From Scenedesmus sp. PABB004 (Eukaryota), in the NCBI GenBank assembly GCA_014905635.1, contig JABVCE010000035.1:1-64000 (forward strand): DNA of 64,000 nt. Direction: 5' to 3'. Of this stretch, positions 1-11,097 are shown piece by piece; within the stretch, counting starts at the first letter, position 1, and each line of letters starts with the position of its first letter. Under the pieces are notes generated by a model. That model saw only the letters and a program-made list of their open reading frames with translations. It was not told where the DNA came from and did not search any database. A program made the translations under genes and the position numbers.

Positions 1-17
1 CCGTCCCCCAACTGCAG

Positions 18-3000
18 GTGTCGACGCTGGAGGGCACCGACACGTGGCTGCGCGTCGTCGCGGCTGAGAAGCAGGGGCTCATCAAGGCCAGCCTCACGTG
101 GCCGCCGGAGCACCTCGAGGCGCGCGCACACCGCCCGCGCGCGCACGGCGCGGCGGGGGCCGGCCGGGGCTGCGCCCCGGCCCCTCCTGTGCGGCTCTTG
201 GTCCGCTCTCGGCGCGCTCGGAGCGCACATCTACACGCGCTCGTAACGTTATAACATAATGTGACACCCGCCCGCCTGCTCGCCTCCCCCTCTCAACCCC
301 AAACCCCCGCAGGCGTGCCTGAACGACCTCAACGAGCTCTTCCTCAGCGATAACGTGGCCGAGGTGGCGGAGAAGTGGAACGAGTGGCGCCGCTCCGTCA
401 TGGCCGCCGCGCTCACCGGCCGCCTGCTGCCCGTGATGCTGGCCGAGCTGCGCGCGCGCCTCACCGCGTCGGCGACCGAGACGGTGCTGGGGCAGGTCCA
501 GGACAGGTGCGGACGCGGCGCGCGCTCGCTCTCGCGCCCGCCGCGCCGCGCGCCCGCCGCCGCGCCCTCGGCCCCTCCCCTGCCGCCCGTGAACCCCTAA
601 ACCCTAAACCCTCGTCAACCCCCGCCCGCAGGTTTTGGGCGTTTGCGTCGCAGCCGCCCGTGCGCATCATGGAGGTACCGGACGAGCAGGACCAGGAGCC
701 CGTGCAGATGGAGGCGCCGCGGCTCATGGCCGCGGTCTGGGGCGCGGGCGCGCTCGGGGAGGGCCCCACCACCGTCGTGCAGCTCGACGGCCAGGGTGCG
801 TGCCGCGCGGGAGCAGTGCGGGCGGCGGCGCGCGGGCGGGCGCGGGCGCCCTCTGGGGCCGCCCTCGGCGCGCCGCCGCCCCGACGCGCTGCACCCCCTG
901 AACCCCAAAACCCCGACCCCCGCGGCGCCCCTCTGCACCCCACCAAACCCCTCCCTGCTGCCCCCCCCCGGCCTGCGGCGCAGGCAACCTGAAGGACCTG
1001 CTCACCGCCGCGCAGCTGAGCGGCAACGTGCCGCGCACCGTCAACAGCGGCACGCGCGAGAACCCCGTGTTTGACCCCGCGGCAGACCCCAAGAAGGTGC
1101 GTGCGTGCGCGCGTGCGCGCGTGCGTGTGCGTGTGCGTGCGTGTGTGTGTGTGTGTGTGTGGTGTGTGTGTGTGTGGTGTGTGTGTGTGTGTGTGTGTGT
1201 GGGTGTGGGTGTGGGTGTGTGTGTGTGTGTGGCGCGCCGCCGCGGCTGGCGCGCGCGGGGCGGCGTCTTGGGTGGTCGCGCGGGGCTCTGGGGTTGGCCA
1301 GCGCTCCCTCCCCTGACGCCAATGCCCGCGCCCGCCCGCGCCCGCCCGCGCCCGCTGGACAGTCGCGGGACAGCCACAAGCTGCGCGAGAAGCTGCTGGA
1401 GCACAAGCCCAATGCCGTGCTCGTGGCGACGTGCAGCCCGCAGGCGAAGCAGATCAAGGACGACATGGAGAAGATCAGCCAGTACACCGAGAGCGAGTGC
1501 GTTGGCGGTTTCTTTGCTGTGTGATGTTATGACATTGTTATGACGTCAAGACCCTCTTGTGTGTTGTTTTTGTTGAGCGGTGTTGTTGCCGTCGCCTGCG
1601 TCGTCTGTTTGGCCGGTGTTGCTTGCAACAGGTATGCTGTGCGCAACAGTCTGGCTGCTGCAAGCAACACCGCCCAAACAGACGACGCATACAAGCGTCT
1701 GGTTTGTGTTGATGCATGGCTTGCACGCCCCGCGCCCCGCGCCCACCCCGCCCACGCCCCCCGCCCGCCCGCGCAGCCCGCGGTTCAAGGACGACCTGCT
1801 GCCGCACCTTGAGAACAAGCGCGTGGAGGTGGTCTGGGCGGACGACCAGGTCGCAAACCTCTGGGCAGCCAGCGAGGCGGCGCGGGCTGAGTTCCCAGAC
1901 TACTCCTTCCTGGTGCGCGCCTGCTGGTCTTTGCTGTGTGTTGTTGCGTGCTTTTGTGTGTTGTCGTGTGTTGTTTGGTGGTGTCGCGTTTGGCGCTGCG
2001 TTGGGTGCCCGGCGCGCGCGCCGCGCGCCGCCGCCCTCCCCACGACCCGCGCTCGCTCCCGCTGCCTCACACTGCCTCCCCCCCTCACCCACCCACACCC
2101 ACCCACACGCACACACGCACACACGCACACACACACGCACGCAGGTGCGCAAGGCGGTCGGCCTCGGCCGCATGGCCCTCGACCCGCTCGCCATCGTCGC
2201 GGTGCTCTGCGGGCGGCGGCGCGAGGTGCTCTCGCTGCGCCTGCACGACCTGCAGGCCCTGCTGCCGCGCGAGGCGCTGGAGCAGCGCCTCGAGCAGGCG
2301 CGCACGGGGGGGGGGGGGGGGGGGGGGGCGGGCTCGCGCGCGCGGCGGCGCGCCAGTGCCGGCGCACGCACGCGGCGCCCGCGCCTGCTACAGCTCTGCC
2401 GCTGGCTCCCCCTCCTCCGGCCCCCGCCCCGGCACCTCACCAAGCGCCCTAAACCACCACTCTCCGCCTGTCCAAACACACCACCAAACACACGCACACA
2501 CAAGCGCAGACGCTCATCACCGCGGTGGCCCAGGTCGGCGTGGACCTCAACGCCGTCGCCGCCAACCCCTGGCGCGCGGCGCCGCTCGCGTTTGTGCCCG
2601 GCCTCGGCCCCCGCAAGGCGCGCGCGCTGCTCGCGGCGATCAGCGCGAACGACAACCACGTCAAGCAGCGCACCGACCTGCTGCACACGGTGCGAGGCAG
2701 GCTAGAGGCAGGCCGCGGGGGAGCAGGGCGCCGGGGGGGGGGGGGGGGGCGTGGCTCGAGCCGGCGGCGCGAGCCGGCGGTGGTGCGGCGAGCGGGCGGG
2801 CGCACGAGCCTGACGCTGCCGGGGCCTGCTCACCGCCCCGCCCCGCCCGCGCCACGCGCCACGCGCCGCCCCGGCCGCGCGCAGCCCAACGACGCCGACA
2901 TCTTTGGCGGCGCGCCGCCGAGCGACCTGCAGCAGCTCTCGCCGGTCGTGTTCCGCAACGCCGCGCCCTGCCTGCGCGTGCGGCGCGGCGAGGTCGCAGC

Positions 3001-6000
3001 GCTGCAGAACGAGGAGGAGTTTGACGCCCTCGACGACGCGCGGATCCACCCGGAGAACGAGGCGCTGCTGCAGGCGCGCGGCGGGATGCCGGGCTGTGGA
3101 TGCCAGGCTGTGGATGTCCGGGAGGGGGGGGGCAGGCGCGGACGCGGGCGGGGCCGCGGCGTGGCGCGATGCGTGGCGCGGCGGCCGGCGCGCGCGCGCG
3201 CGGCGGCGGCCGCGGTCGCGGCGCGGCGCGTGGTGATGACCATGGTCACGGTGTTTGTGGCCGTCGTCATCACCACGCGCCGCGCCGCCGCCGCCGCCGC
3301 CCGCCCGCGCCGTGCCCCCCTTTGCGCGCGCCACCCCGCGCGCACGCGCGCCAACGCTCCCCCGCTCTCCCTCCACCCTGCGCCCCCCCCCCCCCACACA
3401 CACACACCTGTGCGCAGGTCATCCTGGAGGAGGCGTACCACGAGTCGGTGGAGGCCGGCACGGGCGTGGACGTGCGCGTGGCGATCGAAAACCCCATGCC
3501 GCTGCAGCAGGCGCGGCGCGGCGCGCGCCGGCTCGCTCGCCCGCCGCGCGCCGCCGCGCGCGCGCCCGCGCGCCCCGCGCCTCACCAGCCAACCCTCCCC
3601 TGCTCCGCCCGCGCGGCGCGCAGCTGGACCTGTTCAGCGTGGCCGAGGCCAACAAGGCCGACCACCGGCTGACCACGCTGGTCGACATGATGCAGGCGCG
3701 GCGGGGTGTAGGACTCGCCAGGCCGCCGGACGCCCGGGCCGCGCCCGCACGCGCACCCCCACGCGCGCCGCCAACGCCGCCACCGCCGCCGCCGCCACCG
3801 CGCCCGCCGCGCCCGCCGCGCCCGCCGCCCGGCGCGCAGGAGCTGCTGGCGCCGTACGGCGAGCTGCGGCTCGCGGGCGGCGCGCCGGACGACGAGGAGG
3901 CGTTCTACCTGCGCCACGGCGAGACGCCCGAGAGCCTGCGGGTGGGCGCGGCGGCGGGGCCTGTTTCACGGGCGGGGCCCGCCCTGGCCCCCGCCGCGGC
4001 CGCCCCCCGGCTCCGCCCCTTGCCGACCGCGCTGCAACGCCCGCCCTGCACGCCCGCGGCGCTGCCGCGGCGTCGCTTGCAGGAGGGCAAGCTGGTGGAG
4101 GCCAAGGTGGTGTGGGTGGGCGAGGCGGAGGTAAAGGTGGTCATACAGAGCAACAACATGGAGGCCCTCATCCCCCAGGCGCGCTGTTGTTTTGTGTGAC
4201 TGTTATGTTATGACTGTCAGTTTGACGTGTCGTGAGAGGTGGTTTGACTTGTTGTTGTGTGTGTCCGCCGGGAAGTCCGCGCCTCTTCAGCCGTCACACA
4301 TAACATAACAAGTCAAACCACCAGTCATGTCATGACGAGTGAAACAATGGTGGCCGCGCGATAGCTTGGCGCGCTGACGAGCGCCCGCCGACGCCGCCGA
4401 CCGCCCGCGCGCGCCGCGCGCGCCGCAGGTCTTTGCGTCGGACGAGCTCGGCGCGACGCCGCTCGGGCAGCGCTTCACCATGGGCCAGGTTTGCTCGCGC
4501 GCGCCGCCGCCGCCACGCGCCGCTCTGGCTGCCGCTCTGGCCGCCGCCGCCGCCGCTGCTGCCACACACGCACACGCACACGCACAAAGCCACGCGCACG
4601 CTCACCCGCGCGCGCGCGCGCAGGTCGTGACCGCGCGCATCAAGCGCGACGACCAGGCGTCAGAGGTGTACTACGATGACAACCAGCGCCGCCGGTGCGC
4701 CGCCCCCGCCCGCACGCGCGCCGCCCGCGCGCGCGCGCCGCCCGCCCGCGCGCCGCCGCGTCCGCCGCCCCCGCCGCGCGCGGGGAGATGCACCAAGGCA
4801 GCCATGGTCTGTCGGTGTGACGAAGCACGGCGGCGACAGCGTCGCGCGGCTCTGTCACATGGACAGACCATGGCGGCCTTGATGCATCTCCCCGCGCGCG
4901 GCGGCGGCCCCGCACGGCAGCCTGCTGCGTGCGCCGCCGCGGCACCGCGCGCGGGCCCCGCGGCGCGCCGCCGTGCCGCCCGCCGCCCCCGCCGCGCGGC
5001 CGCCTCGCGCGCCTCTGCCGCCGCCGCGCCTGCCGCGCGTGATGATGCGCGCCTCCCACGTCCTGTCACTGTGTTACTAACAGGTACACCATGACGCTCA
5101 CGACCGCGAGCAAGGACCTCAACGACTTTGCGCGCTGGGAGCGCGTGTACTGCATGGTGCGCCGCCGCCGCAACTGCAGGCAGCAGGCAGCAGGCCGCGC
5201 GCGCGGCGGGCGCAGCGCAGCACAGGCGGGCGGCGGGGGGCAGGCGCCGCGCGCGGCGCGCCAGGCGGCCGCGCTGAGCGCGCCGCTGCCGCCGCCGCCG
5301 CCGCCGCCGGCGCGTCTGCCGCCGGCAGGAGGAGGACAAGTCGTACAAGCCCCCGAGCCGCGCCGCCGCCGCCGCCGACGCCGCGGTCGCGGCCGGCGCG
5401 GCGACGCCGGGCGGCACGCGGCTGCCGAAGCCGCGCGGGCCGCTCGCGCGGCGGCCGATCAGCCACCCGCTGTGGCGCAACGCGCCCCTCGGCGAGGTGC
5501 GCCGCCGCGCCGCCGCGCCGCGCACTCGCCGCCTGCCGCCGGCGCCGCCCGCCCGGCCCACTCGCCGCGCTCCCCCTGCCCCGCCCCTCGCCCCCAGGTG
5601 GCTGAGGAGCTCACGGACGCGCCGCCGGGCGCGGTGCGCTTCCGGCCCGTGCGCGGCTCGCTCGCGGAGCAGCTGAGCCGCCTGTACGTGACGTTCAAGC
5701 TCGCCGACTTGTCCTCGGGTGCGCTTGCGATTTGGCCCGCCTGCGCGCGCGGCGTGCGGCGCTGCGCTGCGCTCGCAGCACGCCGGGCCCGGCGCGGCGC
5801 GCCCGCAGCACGCCCGGCGCGGCGCCGCCCACGCCCGTGCCCTCGGACCGCCGCCCACGCGCCGACCGCGCCCCGGCGCCGCGCGCTGCGCCGCCCCGCC
5901 GCGCCACAGGCCCGCTGCTCGCGAGCGTCAAGGCGCTGGAGCCGGCGGACAAGCCGGCCAAGTCGGCGGGCCTGGCGACGCCGCTGCGCATCGAGGTCCC

Positions 6001-7496
6001 GGGGCGCCCCGGGGGCGGCAAGTATGAGACGTACGACGACCTGGATGAGGTCATTGCGCGGTGAGAGGGGGGGGGGGGGGGGGGCGGAGGCAGGGCGGCG
6101 GAGGCAGGGCGGCGGAGGCAGCGGACGAGGGGAGCGAGGGAGGGAGGAGCGGGCGAGGAGGGAGGGGAGCGGGCGGCCCGCTCGGCGGGGCGGGGCGGGG
6201 CGGGGCGGGGCCGCGGGCTGGCGCGTGGGTCGGCAGCCGGGCGGCCGGGCGGCCGCGCTGACGGCTGTGCGGGCGGCGGCGCAGGTACGTGGAGCCCGTG
6301 GTCGAGCGCGCGACGGAGGTCGCGCACCACCGCAAGGCGGTCGCGGGCGACGAGGAGAAGATCAAGGCGAAGCTCACCGCGCAGCTCACGACGGCGGGCG
6401 CGGGCGCCGGTGCGCGCGGCGCGCCGCCGCGCCGCGCGCGCGCTCGGCGCGGCGCGGCGCCGCGCGCGCGCTCGGCGCCGCGCCGCGCGCCGCACACACA
6501 CACACTCACACACACACACACACACACTCACACACGCCCCGCGCCGCCAGGCGTGTACGCGGTCGCGCTCTCCGCGGCCAACGCTGGCCTCGGCGAGATC
6601 TGGTTTGGCAGCCAGGGGCGCGGCGCGACGGGCACCGTGTACCGCGAGCTCTTCACGCTCACGCCCTCCGGCTACGTCTTCCGCGGCGCGCTGCACCCGA
6701 CGCTGGAGCACGTGCTGTCAGCGTTCAAGGCAAACCCCAACTACGTGTGCGTGGCGCGGCGGCGTGGCGCTGCGGCGAGGGCGGCGGCGAGGGGCGGCGG
6801 CGAGGGGCGGCGGCGAGGGGCGGCGGCGCCGCGCTCACGCGCGCCGCGCCCGCGCGCGCCCGCCGCCGCCGCGCAGCAAGCAGGAGGCGCTGCGGCGCAG
6901 CGGGCAGGTGCCCGGCGGCGGCGCGGCGGCGGCGCGGGCTACGGCGCGCCGGCCGGCGGGCAGGGCGGCTACGGCGCGCAGCAGCCCAGCGGCGGCTACG
7001 GCGCGCAGCAGCAGCCCGTCGGCGGCTACGCCAGCGCGCAGCAGCCCGTTGGCGGCTACGGCGCGCCGCAGCCCGGCGGTGGCGGCTACGGCGGCGGCGG
7101 CTACGGCGGCGCGCCGCCGGCGGCCGCGGCGGCGGCGATGACGGCGGCCGCGGCGGCCGCGGCGGCGGCGGCGGCGGGCGGCGGCTACGGCGGCGGCGGC
7201 GGCGGCTACGGCGGCCCGCCCGGGGGCGGCTTCCGGCCGCCCGGCCCGCCCGGCCCGCCCGGCCCGCCCGGCCCGCCCGGCCCGCCCGGCGGCGGTGGGT
7301 ACGGCTACGGCGGCGGCCCGCCCGGCGGCGGCGGCTACGGCGGCCCGCCCGGCGGCGGCGGCTACGGCGGCGGCCCGCCGCTGCCGGGGCCGCCCGGCGG
7401 CGGCTACCAGGCCGCGCCGTACGGGGGGGCCCGCCGGGGCCGCCGGGCTACGCGCCGCCGCCGCCGCAGCAGCAGGCGTACGGCTACGGACGGTGA
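18..7496 (+). CDS. SPT6: Transcription elongation factor SPT6 (5'-partial, >20 exons)
   Basis: Spliced exons give SPT6 motifs in order: YqgF-like region ([16 protein letters not shown]), [22 protein letters not shown], Hh[38 protein letters not shown]1-like region ([17 protein letters not shown]), tandem SH2 ([35 protein letters not shown]) and a Gly/Tyr/Pro-rich tail ending YGYGR-stop at 7496. Two apparent frameshifts in the last exon. Confidence 0.93.
595..612. repeat. Short interstitial telomere-like tract (CCCTAAA)x2.5 in an SPT6 intron
   Basis: ccctaaaccctaaaccct about 20 nt upstream of the 3' splice site at 631. Confidence 0.6.
1098..1231. repeat. (GT)n/(GC)n microsatellite in SPT6 intron
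   Basis: Long interrupted gtgtgt run directly after the donor site. Confidence 0.9.
1597..1689 (+). ncRNA. Intronic fold-back hairpin (pre-miRNA-like) 1 in SPT6
   Basis: tgcgtcgtctgtttggccggtgttgcttgca (1597-1627) pairs with tgcaagcaacaccgcccaaacagacgacgca (1659-1689): 31 bp with 1 mismatch. The structure is seen; function is inferred. Confidence 0.5.
3218..3288 (+). ncRNA. Intronic fold-back hairpin 2 in SPT6
   Basis: 23-bp perfect stem (3218-3240 with 3266-3288) extended by catggtcac/gtggccgtc with G:U pairs and a 7-nt loop. Confidence 0.4.
4228..4332 (+). ncRNA. Intronic fold-back hairpin 3 in SPT6
   Basis: ggtggtttgacttgtt (from 4238) pairs perfectly with aacaagtcaaaccacc (to 4322), extendable on both sides; unusually AT-rich for this genome. 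Confidence 0.4.
4771..4904 (+). ncRNA. Intronic fold-back hairpin 4 in SPT6
   Basis: 51-nt arms (4771-4821 and 4854-4904) are reverse complements except at about 4 positions. Confidence 0.55.
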
Positions 7497-7824
7497 CCGC
7501 GCGCGCGGGCGGGGCGAGGTCGCGCGGGGCGCGGGGCGGGCTCGGACTTGGTGGCGCGGGGCGCGGGGCGGGCTCGGACCTGCGCTGCGTTGGTTGGTGG
7601 GTAACCAGCGCGCATGCGGTCGCGGGAACAACGGTGGCGGCCGCTGAACCACCGCGGGCATTCTTTTTTTGAACGCACGCTCGCGACGCGGCGCCGCCGA
7701 CACCGCGGCGTGTTCTCCGCGCGCCTCGACCGGCTCTCGCGCCATGGCGCGCCCAGCGACCCGGCGGCGCGGCCCGGCCTGAGCGCGCGAGCAGCGAGCG
7801 CTGCCGCTGCCCCGCACGCACGCC

Positions 7825-8889
7825 ATGCTGCGCCTGGTGGCCGGGCCGGCTCCGGGGCAGGTGCACCTGGCTCCTGGGGACGCGGTGGAGCACGAGCCGG
7901 GCGCGTTGCGCTTCGGCCCGGACGCGGCGGCGGCGCACGGCGGCGGCGCGCTGCCGCTCGCCGCTGCCTTCAGCGCCTCCCCCGCGCTCGGGCAGCAGCT
8001 GCACGCGTCGTTCCAGGCGCTGCTGGGTGAGTCGGGCACGCGGCAGCAGGGGCGCGTTGGGCCGCGCCGCCCGGCTGCGCGGCGATGAGTGCGCGCTGTC
8101 GCCGCCGCGCACGGCGCCGCCGACGCCGGCCGCCCCCGTGCCGCCCCCGCGCCGCTCCGCAGCCCAGCTGCAGCCATGTAGCGCGCTGGCCCTCGCCGCG
8201 GCGTTCGATGGGCGGGCGGAGCAAGCGGCGGGCGCTGCGGTCGTGCTCGCGGTGGCGGCGACGGAGCCGCCCGACGCGACGGAGCTGTCCTGCGAGGCGG
8301 ACGCCACGCAGGCGACTGCCGACGAGGGCGGCGCGGCGCCGCCTGCGCCTGCGGCCGCGGAAGCGGCGGTGCGCACGCCAGGCGCGCCAGCAGCGGGCGC
8401 GGGCGCCGGCGTGGGCAGCGCCTCGCTGCTGCCCTCGATGGTGCCTGAGACCTGCCTGGAGCTGCTGCCCCCTGAGCCGGAGGCGGCGGCAGCCCCCGGC
8501 GCCGCACTCGGCGCCGAGCGGGCGCCGGCCGAGCAGGGGTGGGCGCCCGCGGCGCAGCAGCCGTGCGAGGTGCCGGTCGATGCAAGCATACCGGCGACGC
8601 CGCTGGAGGAGGAGGTGCAGCAGCTGCTGCAGCAGGCGCAGCAGCGAGAGGCGCCGATGCAGGAGCAGGCGGGCCTCGAACCGCGGCCCGCGCCAGAGAG
8701 CGGCGAGCAGCCGCCGGCGCCGCAGCAGCGGCAGCCGCTGGCGCCCGCCGACCAGAACCAGCAGCCGCTCGCGCAACGCCAGCCCACCTCGGCCGGCAAG
8801 TTCGCGGGGCGGCTGCTGGAGCAGCTGGCGGCGCTGCCAGCGCAGCCGCCGGCACAGTCTGGCGCCGATGCGGCTGCGCCGCCGCCGCC

Positions 8890-8952
<63 letters not shown>

Positions 8953-11052
8953 CTGGCCGCCGCCAGTGCCCTGGCAGCAGCACCAGCAGCACCAGCAGCC
9001 CGCCTGGCAGCAGCAGCAGCCGTGGCAGCAGCAGCTGCAGCCGCCGCCCTGGCAGCCAGCAGCCGCTCCGCACGCCGGTGGCATGCAGCCGCCCGTGCGC
9101 CCTGGCCCGCAGCAGGCGGCAGGGGCCAGCGGGCACTCAACGCCGTGGGCGCCCTCGGCAGCAGCGAGGGCTTACCGGCAGACCAAGCCCTTCAGCGCTC
9201 CTCGCCCTGCGCGGCCTGGCGCCCCGCCGGCAGCGGGCTCAGCAGCAGCAGCGGGCACGCCCAAACCCGACGCCCGCCCGCCCGCCGCGCCCGCGGCTAG
9301 CGCCGGCGGCTTCCGCGTGCCCCGCTCAGCGGCTGAGACCGCCGCAACAGCGGCAGCGGCGGTGGCAGCTGCCCTCGCAGCGCTCGGCGCCGTCGGCGGC
9401 GCGGCAGACGGGAGTGCCTGGTCACGGCCGCCGCAGATGCCTGACGTGGCAGCGCCGGCACAGGCCGCGGCCGCCCCTGCAGCAGCTGGCTTCAGCACAG
9501 GCGCTGGCCGCAGCATCCAGGTGTCGGCGGCGGCCATGGCACGCGCGGCGGCGCTGCTCAAGGACGAGCTGGGGCCGGACGCAGCCCAGCAGGATGGTGG
9601 CGCGCCAGTGGCAGCAGCGCAGCCGCCAGCGGTGCAGCCGCCAGGCGCGCAGCAGGCAGCGACTGGCTTCAGCACGGGCGCCGGCCGCGGCCTCCAGGTG
9701 TCGGCGGCGGCCATGGCGCGCGCGGCGGCGCTGCTCAACGACGAGCTGGGGCCGGACGCAGCCCAGCAGGATGGTGGCGCGCCAGTGGCAGCAGCGCAGC
9801 CGCCAGCGGTGCAGCCGCCAGGCGCGCAGCAGGCAGCGACTGGCTTCAGCACGGGCGCCGGCCGCGGCCTCCAGGTGTCGGCGGCGGCCATGGCGCGCGC
9901 GGCGGCGCTGCTCAAGGACGAGCTGGGGCCGGACGCAGCCGAGCAGGATGGCGGCGCGCCAGTGGCAGCAGCGCAGCCGCCAGCGGTGCAGCCGCAAGTG
10001 CAGCCAGCAGCTGGCGGGCGCGCGGGCGCGGCGCAGGACAAGCCGCAGCAGGGTGAGGAGGAGGACCCGCTGCTGGCGGCCATGCAGGCGGCCGCGGCGG
10101 CGGCGGGCAGCGGTGGCTTTGTGACAGCCGGCGCCAGCCGCGTGACCGTGTCGGTGGCGGCCCAGGCACGCGCGCGCGGCCTCCGGCTGTTCGACGACCC
10201 GGACACAGAGCGCGGCGGCGGCGACCTCGCGGCGGCGCCCGCCGAGGGCGCTGGGCCGCCCTGCCTGCCGCGCCAGGCGCAGCAGCCGTGCTTCTTCAAA
10301 GCCTTCAAGCTCCAGCCTGGCGACGGCGCCGGCAGCGGCGGCCGCGTCGCCCAGGTGAGCCGGCCAGGCGGCGGCGGCAGCGGAGGCGGCTTCAAGCCCC
10401 CCAGGCCGGCGGCCAAGCAGCCGGCGGCACCGCCGCCAGCAGCGCAGCAGGCGGCACCATCGCCGGGCGCTGCAGCGGCTGAGGAGCCGCGCGCCAGCGG
10501 CCTGCTGTCCTTGGACGAGGCGGCCGCCCTGGACCTGATCCTCGCGGCAGCCGACAGGTACGCCGCAGGAGCGGCGGCGGTCGCCGCCGCGGCCGAGCCG
10601 CCTGGCGACGGCGCCCCGCCGCCCGGGGGCGTCGGGCAGAGAGCAGCGCAGGGCTCGGCGCCGCCGCTGGCCGCAGACGGGCTGCCGGCTGCGCACGCAG
10701 CAGCGGCGCCCGGCGATGCAGCACCCAGTGATGCGGCAGCGCTCGCCCACGCGCCCGGCGACACCACGGCCGCAGCGGCAGGGCAAGCCTCTGCCGCCGC
10801 TTGGCAAGCCGCCTGCGCGACGTTTGCCAGCGAAGAGGGGCTGCCCAGCCCGCAGGGCAGCGGCGAGAGCCTCGGCTCCCTGCTGTCTGGTACCATCAGC
10901 TCAGACAGCGACCTGGGCAGCCCGCCGCCGCGAGGCAGTCCCGGCGCCGCAGCGCACGGCACAGCAGGCGCCGACCACGGCGCGCACGAGCCGCCGCCGC
11001 CTCAGCCTAGCGGGGCAGACGGCGGCGGCCAGGGGCTGGGTGCCAACGTGGC

Positions 11053-11097
<45 letters not shown>

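Noticed and set aside
1972..2490. 13-nt complementarity (tgtttggtggtgt / acaccaccaaaca) between introns flanking an SPT6 exon
   Set aside because: Both lie in GT-rich and CA-rich low-complexity tracts typical of intron ends here, so it is likely chance.
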